Source: Peribolospora baueri
Taxonomy: Eukaryota
Assembly (NCBI GenBank): GCA_029717555.1
Contig: JAMDHS010000031.1
Location: forward strand, 186,001 to 223,634
Direction: 5' to 3'
DNA length: 37,634 nt
In this document: positions 12,175 to 25,900 of the stretch, piece after piece
Position numbering within the stretch: position 1 is the stretch's first letter
Layout of the letters: each line of letters begins with the position of its first letter
Notes under the pieces: generated by a model
What the model was told of the DNA's origin: nothing
Seen by the model: the letters and a program-made list of their open reading frames with translations, nothing else
Databases searched by the model: none
Made by a program: the position numbers and the translations under genes

Positions 12175-15100
12175 TCACTTTTGAGCTTGTTCATCTGCAA
12201 CGCTCACAGTCCTTGAGGGCGTCCCAGGTAACGTTTTCTCCGGAGTCTCGGGAACAGCCTCTGGGTCTGCCAGCGTCTCGGGCTGCGTAACAACGTGGGC
12301 CGCGGAGGACTTGTGGCGCAGGAAATAGTGCCTGAACACATTCGTTGTCACGAGCCAAATTGTGCGCCGGCCTTCGATGAGAGGGTAGATCCCAACGGCC
12401 AAGAGAGAGAGCCAGGCCCAAATAGTGGCGACAACTACCCAGCCGGAAAAGCTGAGAAGGAGAGGCAACAAGAATGTCAGGTCAGCACATGGCAACGGAG
12501 AAGGACTTCTGAGCACATACACTCACAAGGACTTGCCGAAGATATACGGGCGATATAGAGAGAAGGGCGTGATAACCCAAGTAACAAGGAATATGATCGA
12601 ACCCAGGATGGCGGAAACCTTGGCGCCCCGCTTCATATAAGCCACTTGAGCGTCTGAGTGACCCTTGTGAACTAGGATCTCCTTCCCCGAAGCCGAGTCA
12701 TCGTTATCGAGGACGAGTTTGATCGAACCAAAAGCGGACCACTCGAAGGGTTCCGAGGGGAATAGATACGTCAGGGCAATCGTGAAGGGGACAGGAACGA
12801 AAGCGCTGGCGAGGGTGCCGTACATGCACGGAATCTGAGGAAAAGAGGGGCCGGAGATGACAAGTCAGATCCATGCGTCCCTCGGTCCCCTTGGCTAATG
12901 CCGGCGACTCACTTCTAGCCCAGTCGTGTTCACGTTGATCCCGTCACCGAACTTGTACGAGGTAGAAAGCCAGACGGCAAAGCCAGACGCCATGCCAGCG
13001 ATCGGAGAAACGATGGCAGCAATTCTTGATTGTCTGCGCCAAAGCACCGTCAGGACGGTGGTAATCATGCCCGGGCAAACAACGATGCCAAGGAACTACT
13101 CGGGAAGTGGGGTACGTGAGCTGTTGCTATTGAGAACGCAATGTCACCCGTGTCAACGAGGAAACTCACGTAGAGCGTCCAATTCAAAGAGACTCCGGCA
13201 TATTGAAGCCCTGTCGAAAAGGCAGCCATGACGAGGGCAAATCCGATAACACCAAGGTGAGAGGCTCTGATGGTTTGCCGGTCTGTCGCCTTCAGCGGCG
13301 AGGAGGATCGGGATGAGACCAAAATACTCGCGTAAGTGACTGGGCGCGGGAACGGCGGCCGAGCATATCAACGCTCTTACCTCACAGTTGATGTATCCCC
13401 TGTACAAATCGAAGGAGAGCAGACTGCTAACCGCGATCACTTGCGCACTGGTGGTCGACGTGCAGGCCATGAACGTAATTACCAGAACCCTGTGAACGAG
13501 CAAATGAACGCATGGGTGGTGAGCGTGCGTCGAGAATAGGTATGAGCAGGATTTCGAGTAACTCACGCTCCAGCACCACCCGTGCCTGTGAGCGCCATCT
13601 GTCGAACATTTTAAAAGTGAATGAGCCGAATCCACGAACGGACACCCGAGCACAGACGCCACACACTCACAGCGGCAAAGGGAACAACGAGGCCGGCGTT
13701 GACCTGTTCGGTAGTCATGGGCTCAGGATAGGTCGGAAAGGCCGGCGTGTTTTCGAGAGCACGGGCGGCGAGACCTGAACGAAGGAGAAAAAGTCAGCAT
13801 GTTTACAAAGCAGAATCTGCGCAAACTGAATGAATACGTGCCCATGAGAGTTCCAAGACACCAAGGAAGAGAGAAATACGATACTCCGCCGAGAACATAG
13901 CCGGGGATAGCGGCGGGAATGTCGGCGGCAAAGCCTGTGCACGCGAATGAGAAGAAACAAGTGAGCATGGAGACATGAAATCACCAGACCTACCTCGCTC
14001 TTTTCGGACGCACCCTTCTGCCAAAAGCTGGTATCCATGATAACGAGGCCAAAATTGCCCTTTTCCCACGGAAACGACGAGTAACAGGATTAGCATTTGA
14101 TCGCCTGCCCTTTCAAAGTGTTCTCGAGCACTTACAAGAGTGTGGATAATGCCGAACAAGATACCGCCCTTGGAGCTCATAGTCAGGAGCGACCCTTTGT
14201 AGTTGCCGTCGACCGGCGAGCGCTGGGAGGCAGCCACCAGGAGGTCATACAAGTGGTCAGGTGAGCCAATGAGGGGGCTCCGGAAAAATGAGGTGGCAAA
14301 GTAGACAATGATGATAAGGATGATGGTTGTATGCCTGGTAGAAACAGAGGAAGCCAAGTCAGTGAGAGGCCCGGGAGAGAAAACCTCACTTGCTGCTCAC
14401 ATCCAATCAGTCAGGAAAGTCGCTTTGAGACCTCCAGTTGTCGTATAGACTACAACGCCCAAGGGAAGGAGGAAGTTCGCGGCAATGATATCTGCTAACG
14501 CAAACTCAGTCAGTATTCGCGTGAAAGCTATGACCTCGTGATTTGCACTCACTCATCCCAGTCAAAGCGTTGACCACGGCGGAGGCACCCAAAAGCATGT
14601 TGGCCACTGCGATGAGACTATCATCCCACAGAAAATGGTCAGAAAGAAGGTAGACGTGCTCAAAGAAACAAAAGATCACGTACTTGTTGATGAGACAAAG
14701 CACCATGTAGAGAATGCTGAGAAACGGGGACGACGGCGTCAGCAGTGACCGGGAGCGGCCTCTGACCTCGGAGAAGCTCTGGTCAAGAATACACACTGTG
14801 CTCCGCGCCCATATCGCACGCGGATGATCTCCAAAACAGTGTGAGCATTGGGTGCGCGTAGCTTGCAGATAATGGCGATGAGGGCGAACAAGGTGATCTG
14901 GCAAATACACCCTGCGGCGAACCAATAACTACCCGACACCCCTGAGAGGCGTCACCCAGTCAGAAAAAGGCCCATTTCCAACTGTATGCTGCTCAACGGC
15001 TTGAGCACTCACCGAAGTTGTACGCTACGACACTGCTGCTCAGCAACGCCGTCGTCCATGCCCACGAGCTTACGACTGCGGAGGCTGTAAGGCCTATACC

Positions 15101-15268
15101 AACGTTTCGATTGGCAACAAGAAAAGTCTCGCTCTTCCGGCTGTCCTCCTTCAGGTAATAACGCAAAGCGCGGGTTATTCCCATCATGCCGAAAGCGAAG
15201 GCAAGCCCGACGCCGACAACAACTCCATAGGCGGTAGCCTGGGAGAGTGGAGGGGGCACGACGGTCAT
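12175..15268 (-). CDS. DUR3: Urea/polyamine active transporter, DUR3-like (solute:sodium symporter family), many introns
   Basis: MTVVPPPLSQATAYGVVVGVG...ETFLVANRNVGIGLTASAVVSSWAW; SYWFAAG; APNAHTVLEIIRVRYG; YTTTGGLKATFLTDW; MDTSFWQK; GYVLGGVSYFSLPWCLGT; FMACTSTTSAQVIAVSSLLSFDLYRGYIN; GWVVVATIW...YPLIEGR. The symbol denotes the family; orthology to DUR3 is not shown. Confidence 0.88.
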
Positions 15269-16337
15269 GATGTACAGAGTCGGAGGAGGTGAACTGAGGG
15301 GGGACCGGGGGGTGAGCAAACAAAACGTCGCAGGCCGCCAAGAAAGGTGGAAGAATATAAGCATTCATCATAGTTGTTCGGTATTCCGGTTCAGGGTGAA
15401 GTCTACAGGCTTCGCTTGTCGGGCCCCTTCGCACCTCCTATGGATCTGTCTCCTACTGACTGTCATCATGCAATCAAATTGTGAGCCTTGGACCTGGACA
15501 AATGTCGAAAGGTCCTTGTAATGACCAGATCCGAAAGCTCATTTAAAGCACGTCAGACATTGTTGTGAATGGCGAAGGTCCACATTCGAAGATCACTGGG
15601 TCGACAGTGCGAGGTCCGCGCAAGGCAATGGTTGAGGGCGATGGGCGTTCTTATCGCGCTCTAGCTTGCTCAATAGCACCTGAATCAGATCCGAAGATCG
15701 GTCCGCTGCCTTCTGGGGATGAGAAATGAGGCTGCTAACTAGTGGTCACCGACGCTTCGAGCTGGGATCGAAGACTAGTACGGCAGAATGTTGAGGAGAC
15801 GATGGTATGCGCTCGGTCGCACATGTCGCGATTGCGTGCTGCGGCAAAAAAGCACCTCACCCTGACGCCCAAGCACCTCTTCCCTCTCTACTCTCGCCAT
15901 GTCGGAATTCATCTCTCCCCACCTCACATGCTTTTTCGCATGTGAACGAGCTTTTTCTTGGATTGCTGGCGGAATCTTCCTCCTTTTCTCGACTACCTAG
16001 TTAGCATACTTTGCGATCTTGGAGCGTTCGTGCGTAATGCGACGTCATCCGCCTTGGACGAGCACATCATCGGCTCGCGGAAGGCAGGACATGGATCCGA
16101 CAGGCACAACAGTGGTTATCGGATCGGACGGCGCTCGAGACAGAGAACACGCGCTGATGTGTATTGCACAGCCAGAGGCACAGACCATGCTACCCACAAG
16201 ATTGCATTTATCGTACTGGGTTCGCGAACAGGACCCTCGAAAGGTCGCTCAAGACGCCCGTCGAAAGGTCATTCACTGTCCAGCGTTTCTCTCATCTTTG
16301 CAACTCTCACCCCGTTACTCCTGTTATTTTAGACAAC
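15269..16337. promoter_or_regulatory. Probable shared divergent promoter of the DUR3-like and monooxygenase genes
   Basis: The two start codons face away from each other across about 1.07 kb. CAGATCCGAA occurs twice (near 15527 and 15687). No binding site was assigned. Confidence 0.45.
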
Positions 16338-18773
16338 ATGTCCCAGACTTCGAATGAGAGAGCGTCAACCGGCACCAACGGTGCGGCACATCCCAAGCGT
16401 CTCATCATCAACCTTTTCGACATGTTCACGCCAGGCCATCTAACTCCTGGTCTGTGGAAGCACCCTACGGACATCACCCCACAGTGAGTATGGCCATGCG
16501 GCACTTCTACTGGCTGAATGACAGGAAGATGTACTTATCTCCTGAATCGTCATTCGCCGTCCTTTCCGTCAGGTTTGACACGATCGAGTATTGGACCAGA
16601 TTGGCCAAGCTGGCCGAAAAGGGAAAGCTTCAGGGAATTTTCATAGCTGTGAGTTTTCGCCCTTGATTGGAAGATCACATTGGCAGGGTCATGGCGTTTT
16701 GACTTGGCTTGCTATGGGGCTACCAACTCTCGCAGGACGTCCTTGGAGGAGTAAGTACTCAGTCATTTGTTGTCCCGGGGGTCGGAAGACTGACACTTTA
16801 CTCGGTCTTCGGCGGACAGTACGACGTGTACAACGGCAATCTCGATGCAGCACTGCGGGATGGGGCTCAGTTCCCAGTACTTGACCCTCTGCTGATCGTG
16901 TCGGCTATGGCGGCCGTCACGAAGGTGAGCGTGTAGCTGGTCGCCTACCTAGCCTGGCACCTTCCCGAAGACTCACTTTTGTCGTACTCCTTCCTCCGCT
17001 TCAGAACATCTATTTTGGCATCACGGCTTCGACTTCGTACGAGCACCCTTACGCGCTCGCACGCCGTTTCAGCACGCTCGACCACCTTACTAAAGGACGC
17101 ATCGCCTGGAATATCGTCACTAGCTACCTGAGGAGCGCAGCGAAAAACTTCGGCTTAGATGACATCAAGGAGCACGGGAAACGGTACGAAATCGCGGAGG
17201 AATATATGGAGGTGAGCATTAGTACGGATGTCAAGTGGAGGTTGATGCGTTTCGGTCTCTGCTGCGATCATCGTTCTCGCCTCCTTGTTATCATCTCAGG
17301 TAGTATACAAGCTGTGGGAGTCCTCCTGGAGCGATGATGCGGTGAAGAAAGACGCCAAAGCGGGCGTCTTCTTTGAGCCCTCACTTGTCCGTCAGATCGA
17401 CCACAATGGAGAGCACTTCCCTTCCGTGCCCGGCCCACACATCGTTCACCCTTCCATCCAGCGCACGCCGCTCCTTTATCAGGCCGGCACGTCGGGGCCG
17501 GGCGTAGCCTTCTCGTCTCGCCACGCCGAGGCGGTATTCATCTCGGTGAATACAGGAACCGCTGCAGCGAAACGTAGAAAAGCTCATACCGTCCTCAATC
17601 TGACCAAAGTCGATTTTCCCCGTATCTGAAGACTCCTTCGCCCGAAGGCGCGATTGATAGGGTTAAAGAAGTGCGCGCGAAGGCCAAAGAACTTGGCCGC
17701 GCCCCGAACAGTGTGAAGCTCATTACTCTCATCACACCCATCCTTGGACGCACGCAAGAGGAGGCGGAGCGCAAGCACGAGGACTTTAAGAAGTTCGCCA
17801 GTAGGGAAGGGGCGCTTGCGCTGTTCGGTGGATGGACCGGGTAAGTGAGCCCTTGCGGGCATGCGATGAAGCGCTTTACGTCTAGATTGTTCCCGTTGAC
17901 GAGAAGGTTTTGACTCTGTAGGCAAGACCTGAGCACGTTCGGCGAGGACGAGGAGCTTCGGTGAGCACTCGATCCGGTGGACGTCACCTGCCTGGGAGAA
18001 AGCAAGGCTAAAGTCCCTCCGTTCTTTCGACCACAGTTTCCAGGACACCAACGCAGCGATCAAATCGGTAAGCGTGCATCCGAACTCCCATTCGCTAGAA
18101 CGTCTTGTCTGACCAGTGCAAACTTTTGATCCTTTTCCATCTCTTAGATGGTTTCTACATTCGCTCGCGTCGCTCCAGACGTTCCCAAGTGGACCAAGGG
18201 CGTGGTCGCTGATTGGCTCAGCATTGGTGGATTCGGGCCCATCGTCGTCGGGTGAGTGGTCTCATGTAAATGAAGCTAAACGAAGAAAGTTGCGTTAGGC
18301 TGAAGGGTTCTTTTCCATATTCTCCTTCCTCACCGGCCCTTCCCCGGCCCTAAGCACTCCCCAATCTGTTGCGGACGAACTGCAGCGTTGGGTGGACATC
18401 GCTGATGTGGATGGTAAGTCCCAGAAGAAGCACCGTCAAAATACCTTCGTTATGTGACAGCTGCAAGATCGGTTGCTCACAGGCGGGCCTCTTGCGACCT
18501 CCCTCTCCTTTTTTCTCTCGGACTCCTTATACAGGTTTCAACTTTTCGAAAGCGCACCAGCCTCAATCGTTCGAGGACATCGTAGACCTACTCGTCCCGG
18601 AGCTACAGAAGCGTGGTCTGCACTGGTCCGACTATCCGCAGGTGCCGAAGTCGCAGGGGCAGGGACAGGGTGACGGCGAGAGGGGACTTTCGGCCAGGGA
18701 GTCGATCCACGGCGTGGGCCAGACCAGGCTCCGGGAGGACCATCCTGCTTCGCAGTACAAGTGGAAGCAGTGA
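16338..18773 (+). CDS. Luciferase-like flavin-dependent monooxygenase, DszA/NtaA/SnaA family, multi-exon
   Basis: KRLIINLFDMFTPGHLTPGLWKHP|...YWTRLAKLAEKGKLQGIFIA|DVLGG|YDVYNGNLDAALRDGAQFPVLDP...|FGITASTSYEHPYALARRFSTLDHLTKGRIAWNIVTSYL...|VVYKLWESSW...PSIQRTPLLYQAGTS...HAEAVF|...PQSFEDIVDLLVPELQKRGL...HPASQYKW. GT-AG introns join these in frame. Confidence 0.93.
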
Positions 18774-19457
18774 GAGAGAACGAGTGGTTTGAAACGCATC
18801 ACCAGTGTAGCATGTCGGAAAAACTGCGCATGTATGGACACTGTCATGGGAACAGCGTCGGCGATGTTGAAGCATTCTCACATGTCTGCATTGATCCTGA
18901 GTGACCCCACGGCCGACAATGCGACAGTAGTCTTTCCGATCGACCGAACTGGCGCCGAGAGCAAAGTGGAGCACTTCCATTCACGTAGCCGCCTCGGTAA
19001 CTTGATGAAGCAAACCAAGGCTGAAAAAACTGAAAGAAGGCCAACAAAGGCAAAGCAAGCGCGGGGCAACAAAACCTACAGCATCCTTTCGTCGTCCTTG
19101 GCGTCTTCCGAGGGCTTTTTTGTTTCCTTTTTTTGGCGTTCTTTCGCGCACGAGGGATAGAAAGTTCGCCAGACACCTACCTCGTCGCCGGGGCCGCAGT
19201 CCGCGTCGCATCGCATCGCTAGCGAACTCGGAGCGAGCCGAAGAAGTCACCGGAAAGTAAAACTTGGTTGGCTTGTACGAGCGCAGGCCCCGAAATCTCC
19301 ACTTTCTTTGTCCGCGCTCGCGCTGCGCTCGGTGTGGGAAGAGGTGTGACGAGAGGAGGCCCTTTTTGCGTGCACGACGCTTGGCCTTCCTCTCAACCAG
19401 GCAACGTCGCACGTCACAAAAACAAGCCCCGTGAGGGAAACCCCGCTCTTCCCGAAT

Positions 19458-21914
19458 TCACTCCTCCATTATCACGTCCATCTCCGCCCCCGTTCCAACT
19501 CCCAGCGGTTCCCCCCCAACATCAGACACACTACTATCACCATCACCGCCACCAGCTCGTCCTGACGTCCACCCGCCCTCCGTGCCGGCAAGCCTCGGAG
19601 AAAAGGCGCTGAGCACGTCGCTAATGCTCATCGTCGCCCATTGACCCGTCGCCATCGATGTCCCTTGCGAAGCGGGAGGAGGAGGGCGTGAGGGAAAGGA
19701 CGAGGTCGTGGCGAGGATAGGCGGTGTCAAGCTATCGTGCAGTCCGAGATGCACCTGCACCCCAGCCGTAGGCGCGAAATCTCCATAGTGATTGGCAAAT
19801 TCGACGACAGCGGCATCCACTCCTATCCTTCCTCCTTCGCGCCTCGTTTCTTCTACTCGTGGAGAGGACACGGCGGCGGAAGCAGCGGCGGTGACGACGG
19901 AAGTGAGGTCCAAGACATCGGGCTCGTCAGTCTGGTAGTTGAGGCCGAAGCCAAGTTCTTCGAAGAAGGTGATCGTCGGCGCTCGTGTCATCGTGGCGGC
20001 TGTGGCACCAGTGGTCGACGCGCTGGGAAAAAGCACGTCGCCCGCGCTGTTATAGGCGCTGATGAAAGTAACAGGAGTAAAAGGCCAGCCTTCGGATGCC
20101 ACCGTCCTCATCCCGGCCTCGGTCCACGTCTCCGTCCCCGTCCCGGCTCCCCCGGCTCTCGAGCTCGAGCTCATGTTCCTTGCGCTGGAAGAGAGCCCCG
20201 TGGAAGAGGCAGGCGACGTCCAAGATGTCAGCATCGGTGCGACTGCCGGTGCCGGTGCAGGAGTGACATCGGCGGAAGCTGAAGTGCGAGGGCCGTGGGT
20301 GGGCGCATTCGCATCCACGCGACTTGCGGGAAAGGAGGGAGCGAAAGTGCGTAAAAAGTCGTCGATGTCCATCTGATGCATATCTCTGCCCCTCTCGTCG
20401 ATCATGTTCGGGCCACTTTGCTGGAGTCGTGGTCCTGGTTGTGGTGATGGATTTCGTGGGTGCATTCGCTCTCCAACTGCTCCTGCTCCTGATGCAGGGG
20501 CGGCTGCGCTCATCGGCCCCCGTGGGGGTTGCAACTGTAACTGCCGTTGGCCGATCCACGCTCCCAGTTGGCTAGCCGCGGGGGCTCCGGCAGCGTTGCT
20601 TCTGTCTAGAGCCGTACTAGGGTTAATCCAGTCGGACGTAGGACCGTCGTCGAGGGTTACTCCAAGGCCCAAGAAGCCTACGGGAGATGCGAGGTTACCA
20701 AAGATGGCGCCCACGCTGGTAGGTTTGTGCGAAGTAACGCCGATGGTCGGTGCAGTCTCGGTTTGCGAAGTGACGGAGTCCGAAAGAGACGGCCATGTCG
20801 AGGAACCAGCAGTGGGGGCCTTGAGAAAATCAGTGAGGCCTGCAATAGAGGCACCTTCCGGAGAAAGGACGGGCGAGTCATGTTGCAAATTCGTATGCGC
20901 CTTGCGCATGGCCATGAGCGTGACACGGGCCACATCCTCGGGAGAAAAAGTTTGCGCTTTGAGAAGAGCCTCGAGCGCCGTAAGAGTATTGTCTTCAGAT
21001 GACGGAGTCCGTTGTGGGCGCCTGCGCGTACGGGAAGGACAGGGAAATCGGTGAAGCCTGTTGGGCGAGGCAGAGTAGTGGCCGCGCAAGTTTCCCTTGA
21101 CCATAGGCTTGAAAGACACACTCACGTCATTTCCAACCCGAGCCCGATCTCCATGCCTACACCTCCGGAGAACCATTCTCCAGCAGGAGAAGGAGCACAA
21201 GATGGCAACGATGGAGATGGACCGGGCGTAGTTTCTGTGCTAGGGCGATCAGGTCGGATGTCACGCGCCGTTGTGTCGGGAGCCGTCTCTGTCTCGTGTG
21301 CATCGACATCAGGCTCAGCATGAACCTCGGCACTGACACCAATGTCGGCAGCAGCTTCTGGGGCGGAGACCCCGGCGCTTGTGCCGGGGACGTGCAAAAA
21401 GGTGGGCAAGAGAGTTCCGGGCGGCACGAAAGCTTGAAAGAGATCCTCGAGCTCCTTCACGCGCGCTTTGAGCGCCGAGTTCTCGCTCTCGAGGGAGGTG
21501 ACATGTTGAACCTGACGTTTCCCTGTCATAGGTAGCCGCAGGCCAAAGAGGAGGCACCGGGAAACAACAAGAAGGCGAGAGAGAAGCGAAGGAAACAAGG
21601 TGGAAGGTGACGGGGAAACGGTCCGGAGTGAGCGAAACAGACGGCGATGGAGGTGTCAGACAGCTGGCGGCTGAGGTCAATCGTAGCTTTTCTGACGACG
21701 CACGATATTCCCTCTGGCTAATCAGGTTCCTCGCTCTTCTGCTAGCCGTGGTCTTGTAGAACCTGGGCTCCATGTCCTGCTGCTCCGTCGCCGACCCTAC
21801 CTTGTCCGTGGACTTCTTGGGGACCTTTGAGCGACTGGAGCGCCCGGATTTACGCTTTGAGGTGGTGAGGGTGGGGGGCCCCGGCGGCCGAGGGCCGATC
21901 GTCATCGTGGTCAT
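19458..21914 (-). CDS. Yap-like bZIP transcription factor, paralogue A; exons ~21914-21704, 21522-21126, 21021-19458
   Basis: FYKTTASRRARNLISQREYR|KRQVQHVTSLESENSALKARVKELEDL has N-x7-R-x9-L spacing and Leu heptads once the GTGCGT...CAG intron (21703-21523) is removed. The start could be upstream (ATG 22058). Confidence 0.75.
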
Positions 21915-22988
21915 CGTCGACGTCGTCAGGGCGGTCGAGACGGCGGGCCTTACCTTTGTTGGCGAGCATCTGTGTACGTCCTCGACGTGGTCGCAAAGGA
22001 AGGAGACGTCGGACGGCGGAGAGGGGGTATATGTGCTGTATGGTGTACGCGTGTGCATGTATGCGCAAAAGATACATTACTTTGCCTCATGCCGCCAAGG
22101 GAAGAAGAACCGGGGGGCGATGCGCGCCTTCATTCACGTTTATGATGGAGAAGGACGACGAAGTCGACGAAAAGGACGACGACGACGACACGATAGGCTG
22201 CTGAATGCTGACTGCTGAGTGCCTGGAGCGGATGCAGTCGGCGCGGAGCATTTATTCCCATTGCTCCCGTACGTACAACGAATGGTCCCATCCAGGCCCG
22301 CCATCAAGTCCATCACCACCCGATCTCGTGCGCCGACGTCCAATACCCTCGACGACTCGAGCGCCCGCGATGCGTCGACGTGCGATTCAAGTAGATGCGT
22401 ATCGCCCTCATGCCCGCGCGGACACGTAGCATCGGCAGTCAGTCAGCTTTCTCCATGCTGACCGACCGGCCAGGTCAATTCTCGGGTGCCATACGTCCCC
22501 TTTTTCCAACTGCGCTCTCTGCGGTGGACGCCTGCTTATCTATCCATCTACCATGGCCGAGAACGGTCCACGAGTTCGTTCTATCCCCGCACCGGTCTGC
22601 CCGGGACAGCCAGACGCCCGTCCCGGCCTGGACGGCAAGACAAGGCCAACGATCGACCCTATCAGGCGGCTGGAGGTGAGCGATTGGAGAAATCTTGACG
22701 ACTGCACGACATCCCGGCACACTTAGCCGCGGTAGGCGCTCACCCGTCTCCGTTCCCTGCGTACCGTGCGATGCGTCGCATGGGAGCTCGTAGGCACCCA
22801 GCTATGCCCACCGTAGCTGCGACTCGCGACAGAAGTCGGTCGATGAGACCTTTCGACGTCAGGAGACTCGCGTCGACGCAGGCAGCGATGCAATGAGGTC
22901 TCGGACAGACAAATAAATGCAACCTCGCGAACTGGATCGTCCGAATCACAATGGGCGAACCGGACTCGCAAGCGGGAGAGAGCGTCCA

Positions 22989-25900
22989 TCAACCAACCAT
23001 ACCGCTTCCCATCCCAGTCTCGCCCAGCGTCGTCCGGCCAAGGCTATCCTCGGCCCTGCGAATAGCCCTGCGCACCTCCGCCAGGACATTGCGCAGCTCC
23101 TTGACGCGCGGTGACGCTTCTCTACGCGGTAACCCCGCCGCTGCTGGATGAGGCGCGCGCTTGGCGGCCGAAGGCAGAACGAGCGGACGAGACGCATCGG
23201 AGGAGGGCCGTAGAGAGCATGCTTGTTCCGTATCCCCTTCTTCCTTCTCTTCCTCTTCCTCTTTCCAGACAGGCGCGCGAGTCTGGGAGAGAAAAGCAGC
23301 AGAAGAAGCTGAAGGCTCAGAAACTCGCCTGCCGAGCTTGCCCAGAAGCCGCTCCTTCTCGCGAAGGAGCATGAGGGTGTACGGGCTAAGGGTGACAGCG
23401 CTTTCGCTCGCCACGACTCCGGTCGCCGTCCCCGAGACGGCCCTATAAGTACCATCGTTTTCGTTGTCTTCGCTATCGTTATAGTTGTCGTGATCATCGT
23501 CGCCGCCTTCTCTTCTTCCTCGTCCTCCTCCTTCTTCTTCACCGCAGAGACTAAGGCCAAGACGGTTCGAACGAGCATGGAACCGTCGGTGCCCTGGGCG
23601 GAGAGCTGCGGAATGTTGAGGCGGACGGAGAGACGTATTGGAGAGGTACGCACACCGGCTCTGCCATTCGCGTTCGTCATCACCGGCGAAGGAGCTATCA
23701 GCGCCGCATGCGTGCTCGCAAGCACACTTCCCGAACGACGACGGTAACGGCGGTGGCGATGGCGATGGCGATGGCGACGGCGACTCGAGCACCAAGGGAC
23801 TACCAAGCTCCAGAGTTGGAAAAGGCTCTGATCGCTCCCCGAATGCCTCTCGCTCTCGGCCCTCCATCCTCCGCTCGGGGCACAAGACGGGAAAAGCGGC
23901 CTCCAAATCCCATCTCCGACGAAGGCTCTGCTCCTCGTCGTCCGCTGAATCTTCTTCGAGCAAGCTTTGGGGAGCGCCATTCTTCGTTGAGTGCTGGGTG
24001 AGGTCTTCCCCTCTTCCACCATGAATTCCTCGCTCGGCTGCCTCCGTAACGGTGACAACAGGGGGCGCAGAGGCACGATGAGGCCCCCTAAGAGGAGGTG
24101 GGGAAGGAGATGCGAGCGAGGGCGACCGAGGGGCATCGGCACCGTCTCCATGGAAGATACGGTCAAGGCTATGATCATCGAGTGACATGCCCGTCGGTTG
24201 GCTGGAATGCCGACGGTGAATGGTCTGTCGCGGAGAACCGTAGCCATAAGCGAACGGAGAAGTTTCCAGGACAGAGAACTCGACCTTTTCCCGTCCTGGA
24301 GAGGATGAAGGCGAAGATAAAGGCCGAGGTGGGTGAGGACGAGGCTGAGAACGAGGAGCGACCCGTTGAACGAAGGGAGAGGTTGTGAGGTAGGAAGCGT
24401 CGTACCGCTGCCCGTGTCCATCGCAGCGACATTCGCACTCGCACTCGCACTCGCACTCGTATTCAAGGTCGTCGTCGGTAGGAGAGGGGACGGTACTACC
24501 AGGACGATGTCGGAGATGTGCAGACGAGGAAGAAGACGAACCCGCCACTGGCGACAAGACCTCTTGGGGGGCAGAGGGAATCGGTACCGGCGAAGGGGCT
24601 TGACAGGAGCAGATTCGATCCACCGGCAAAGGTAATAAGGAGATTTCGCATGCGCAGCTGGCAGAGACTGATGGGGCGGGGGTCGGGGAACTCTGTGTGG
24701 TGGAGAGGTCGTCGTCGTCGTCGTCGCTGACGGGTACTTCCGCTTCAAACTCGTCGTGGTCGCCTAGCGTTGCGTCCGGCGCCGAGAGATGTCGAACGTC
24801 GGGGACGCCATACGACCTCTCTCTGGCACCAGCGTGCAGAGAGCGATACCACGGCTCGTGCGAGAGATTACGCCCGACTCGTGCCCCGCTTCCCTCGCCC
24901 TCATTCGCCACCATTGCTGAAGATGATGGGAGAGCGTGGTCCGCGACATGCTCACCGGGCACACCGACCTCTCCATCGACTCGATACGTCCGCAAGGAAC
25001 GAGCGTGACCATCTTGGCCGCCGGCCTCTCCTATCGGCACAGGCGGCAGCACGCGTTCCCTCCACGTGCTTATATTCGCCCGTCGCCCGCTCTCCTCCCT
25101 GCTCTCGCCCACCTCCCCTACCTCACTCGGGCCCCCGCCTTCTATTTCCTCCTGGCGTTCCCTCCACCATTCCTGCTCCTGGAACCGCTCCCAGTCCAGC
25201 CTTTGGCGCGTCCGCTTGTCCCGCTCTTCTATCGCCAGCTGCTCTCGCTCCGCTCGTGCGACTGCCTGTCGCAGGGCGAGTTCCTCGGGGGTGATGGAGG
25301 CGACGGGTGCAGAGACGGATGGGGCAACGAGACTGAGTTCTTCCTTTGGCATGTCGCGTCGTCTGGTTCGCGAGTCGACTTCTTGAAAAGGCTGCGAAGG
25401 CAACCTGCCCTGCTCAAGCCCTTCCCCGTCCTCGTCACCGTCCTCCTCGTCGTATGCGCGCCCGTCCAATTCCTCCGAAACCTCTCGCTGCACCTCCACC
25501 TCCCTCCTCAACGCCTCCTCTCTAGCCCTCCTGGCCTCCAACAGCTTTAGACCCTGCGTGAGCGCTCGCTGCAGGTGGTGGATGCGCATCGCTCGGAGGG
25601 TGCGCGTCTCCTCCTCGTCCAGCGGCTTCACGTCGGCGTCGGAATCAGAGTCGGAGCGGGAAGAGACGGTGGTTACCGTGGTGGTAGTGGTGCAGGAGCA
25701 AGGCGAGTCGGTGCTGGCATTTTCATCATGCTCTCCGTCGCGGCGGTCTCCGATCGCGGTCCTGGGTGGCCAGAGAGGGGCGCGTGAGGGTGAGACATGC
25801 GAAGGGGTTGGGGAAGAGGGCGGAGTAGAGGAAGAGGAAGAACGACGGATTCCGCGAGACGCATGTGCGCGACCAGAACTGGTTCTTGGAACGGTAGATG

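Noticed and set aside
16030..16050. bZIP (Cys3/ATF-like) sites in the monooxygenase promoter (GTGCGTAAT, GACGTCAT)
   Set aside because: Short imperfect matches that cannot be told from background without conservation or binding data.
22946..24748. 600-aa - strand ORF and many + strand ORFs over the 1302-aa gene
   Set aside because: These are alternate-frame or antisense shadows of a GC-rich coding region.
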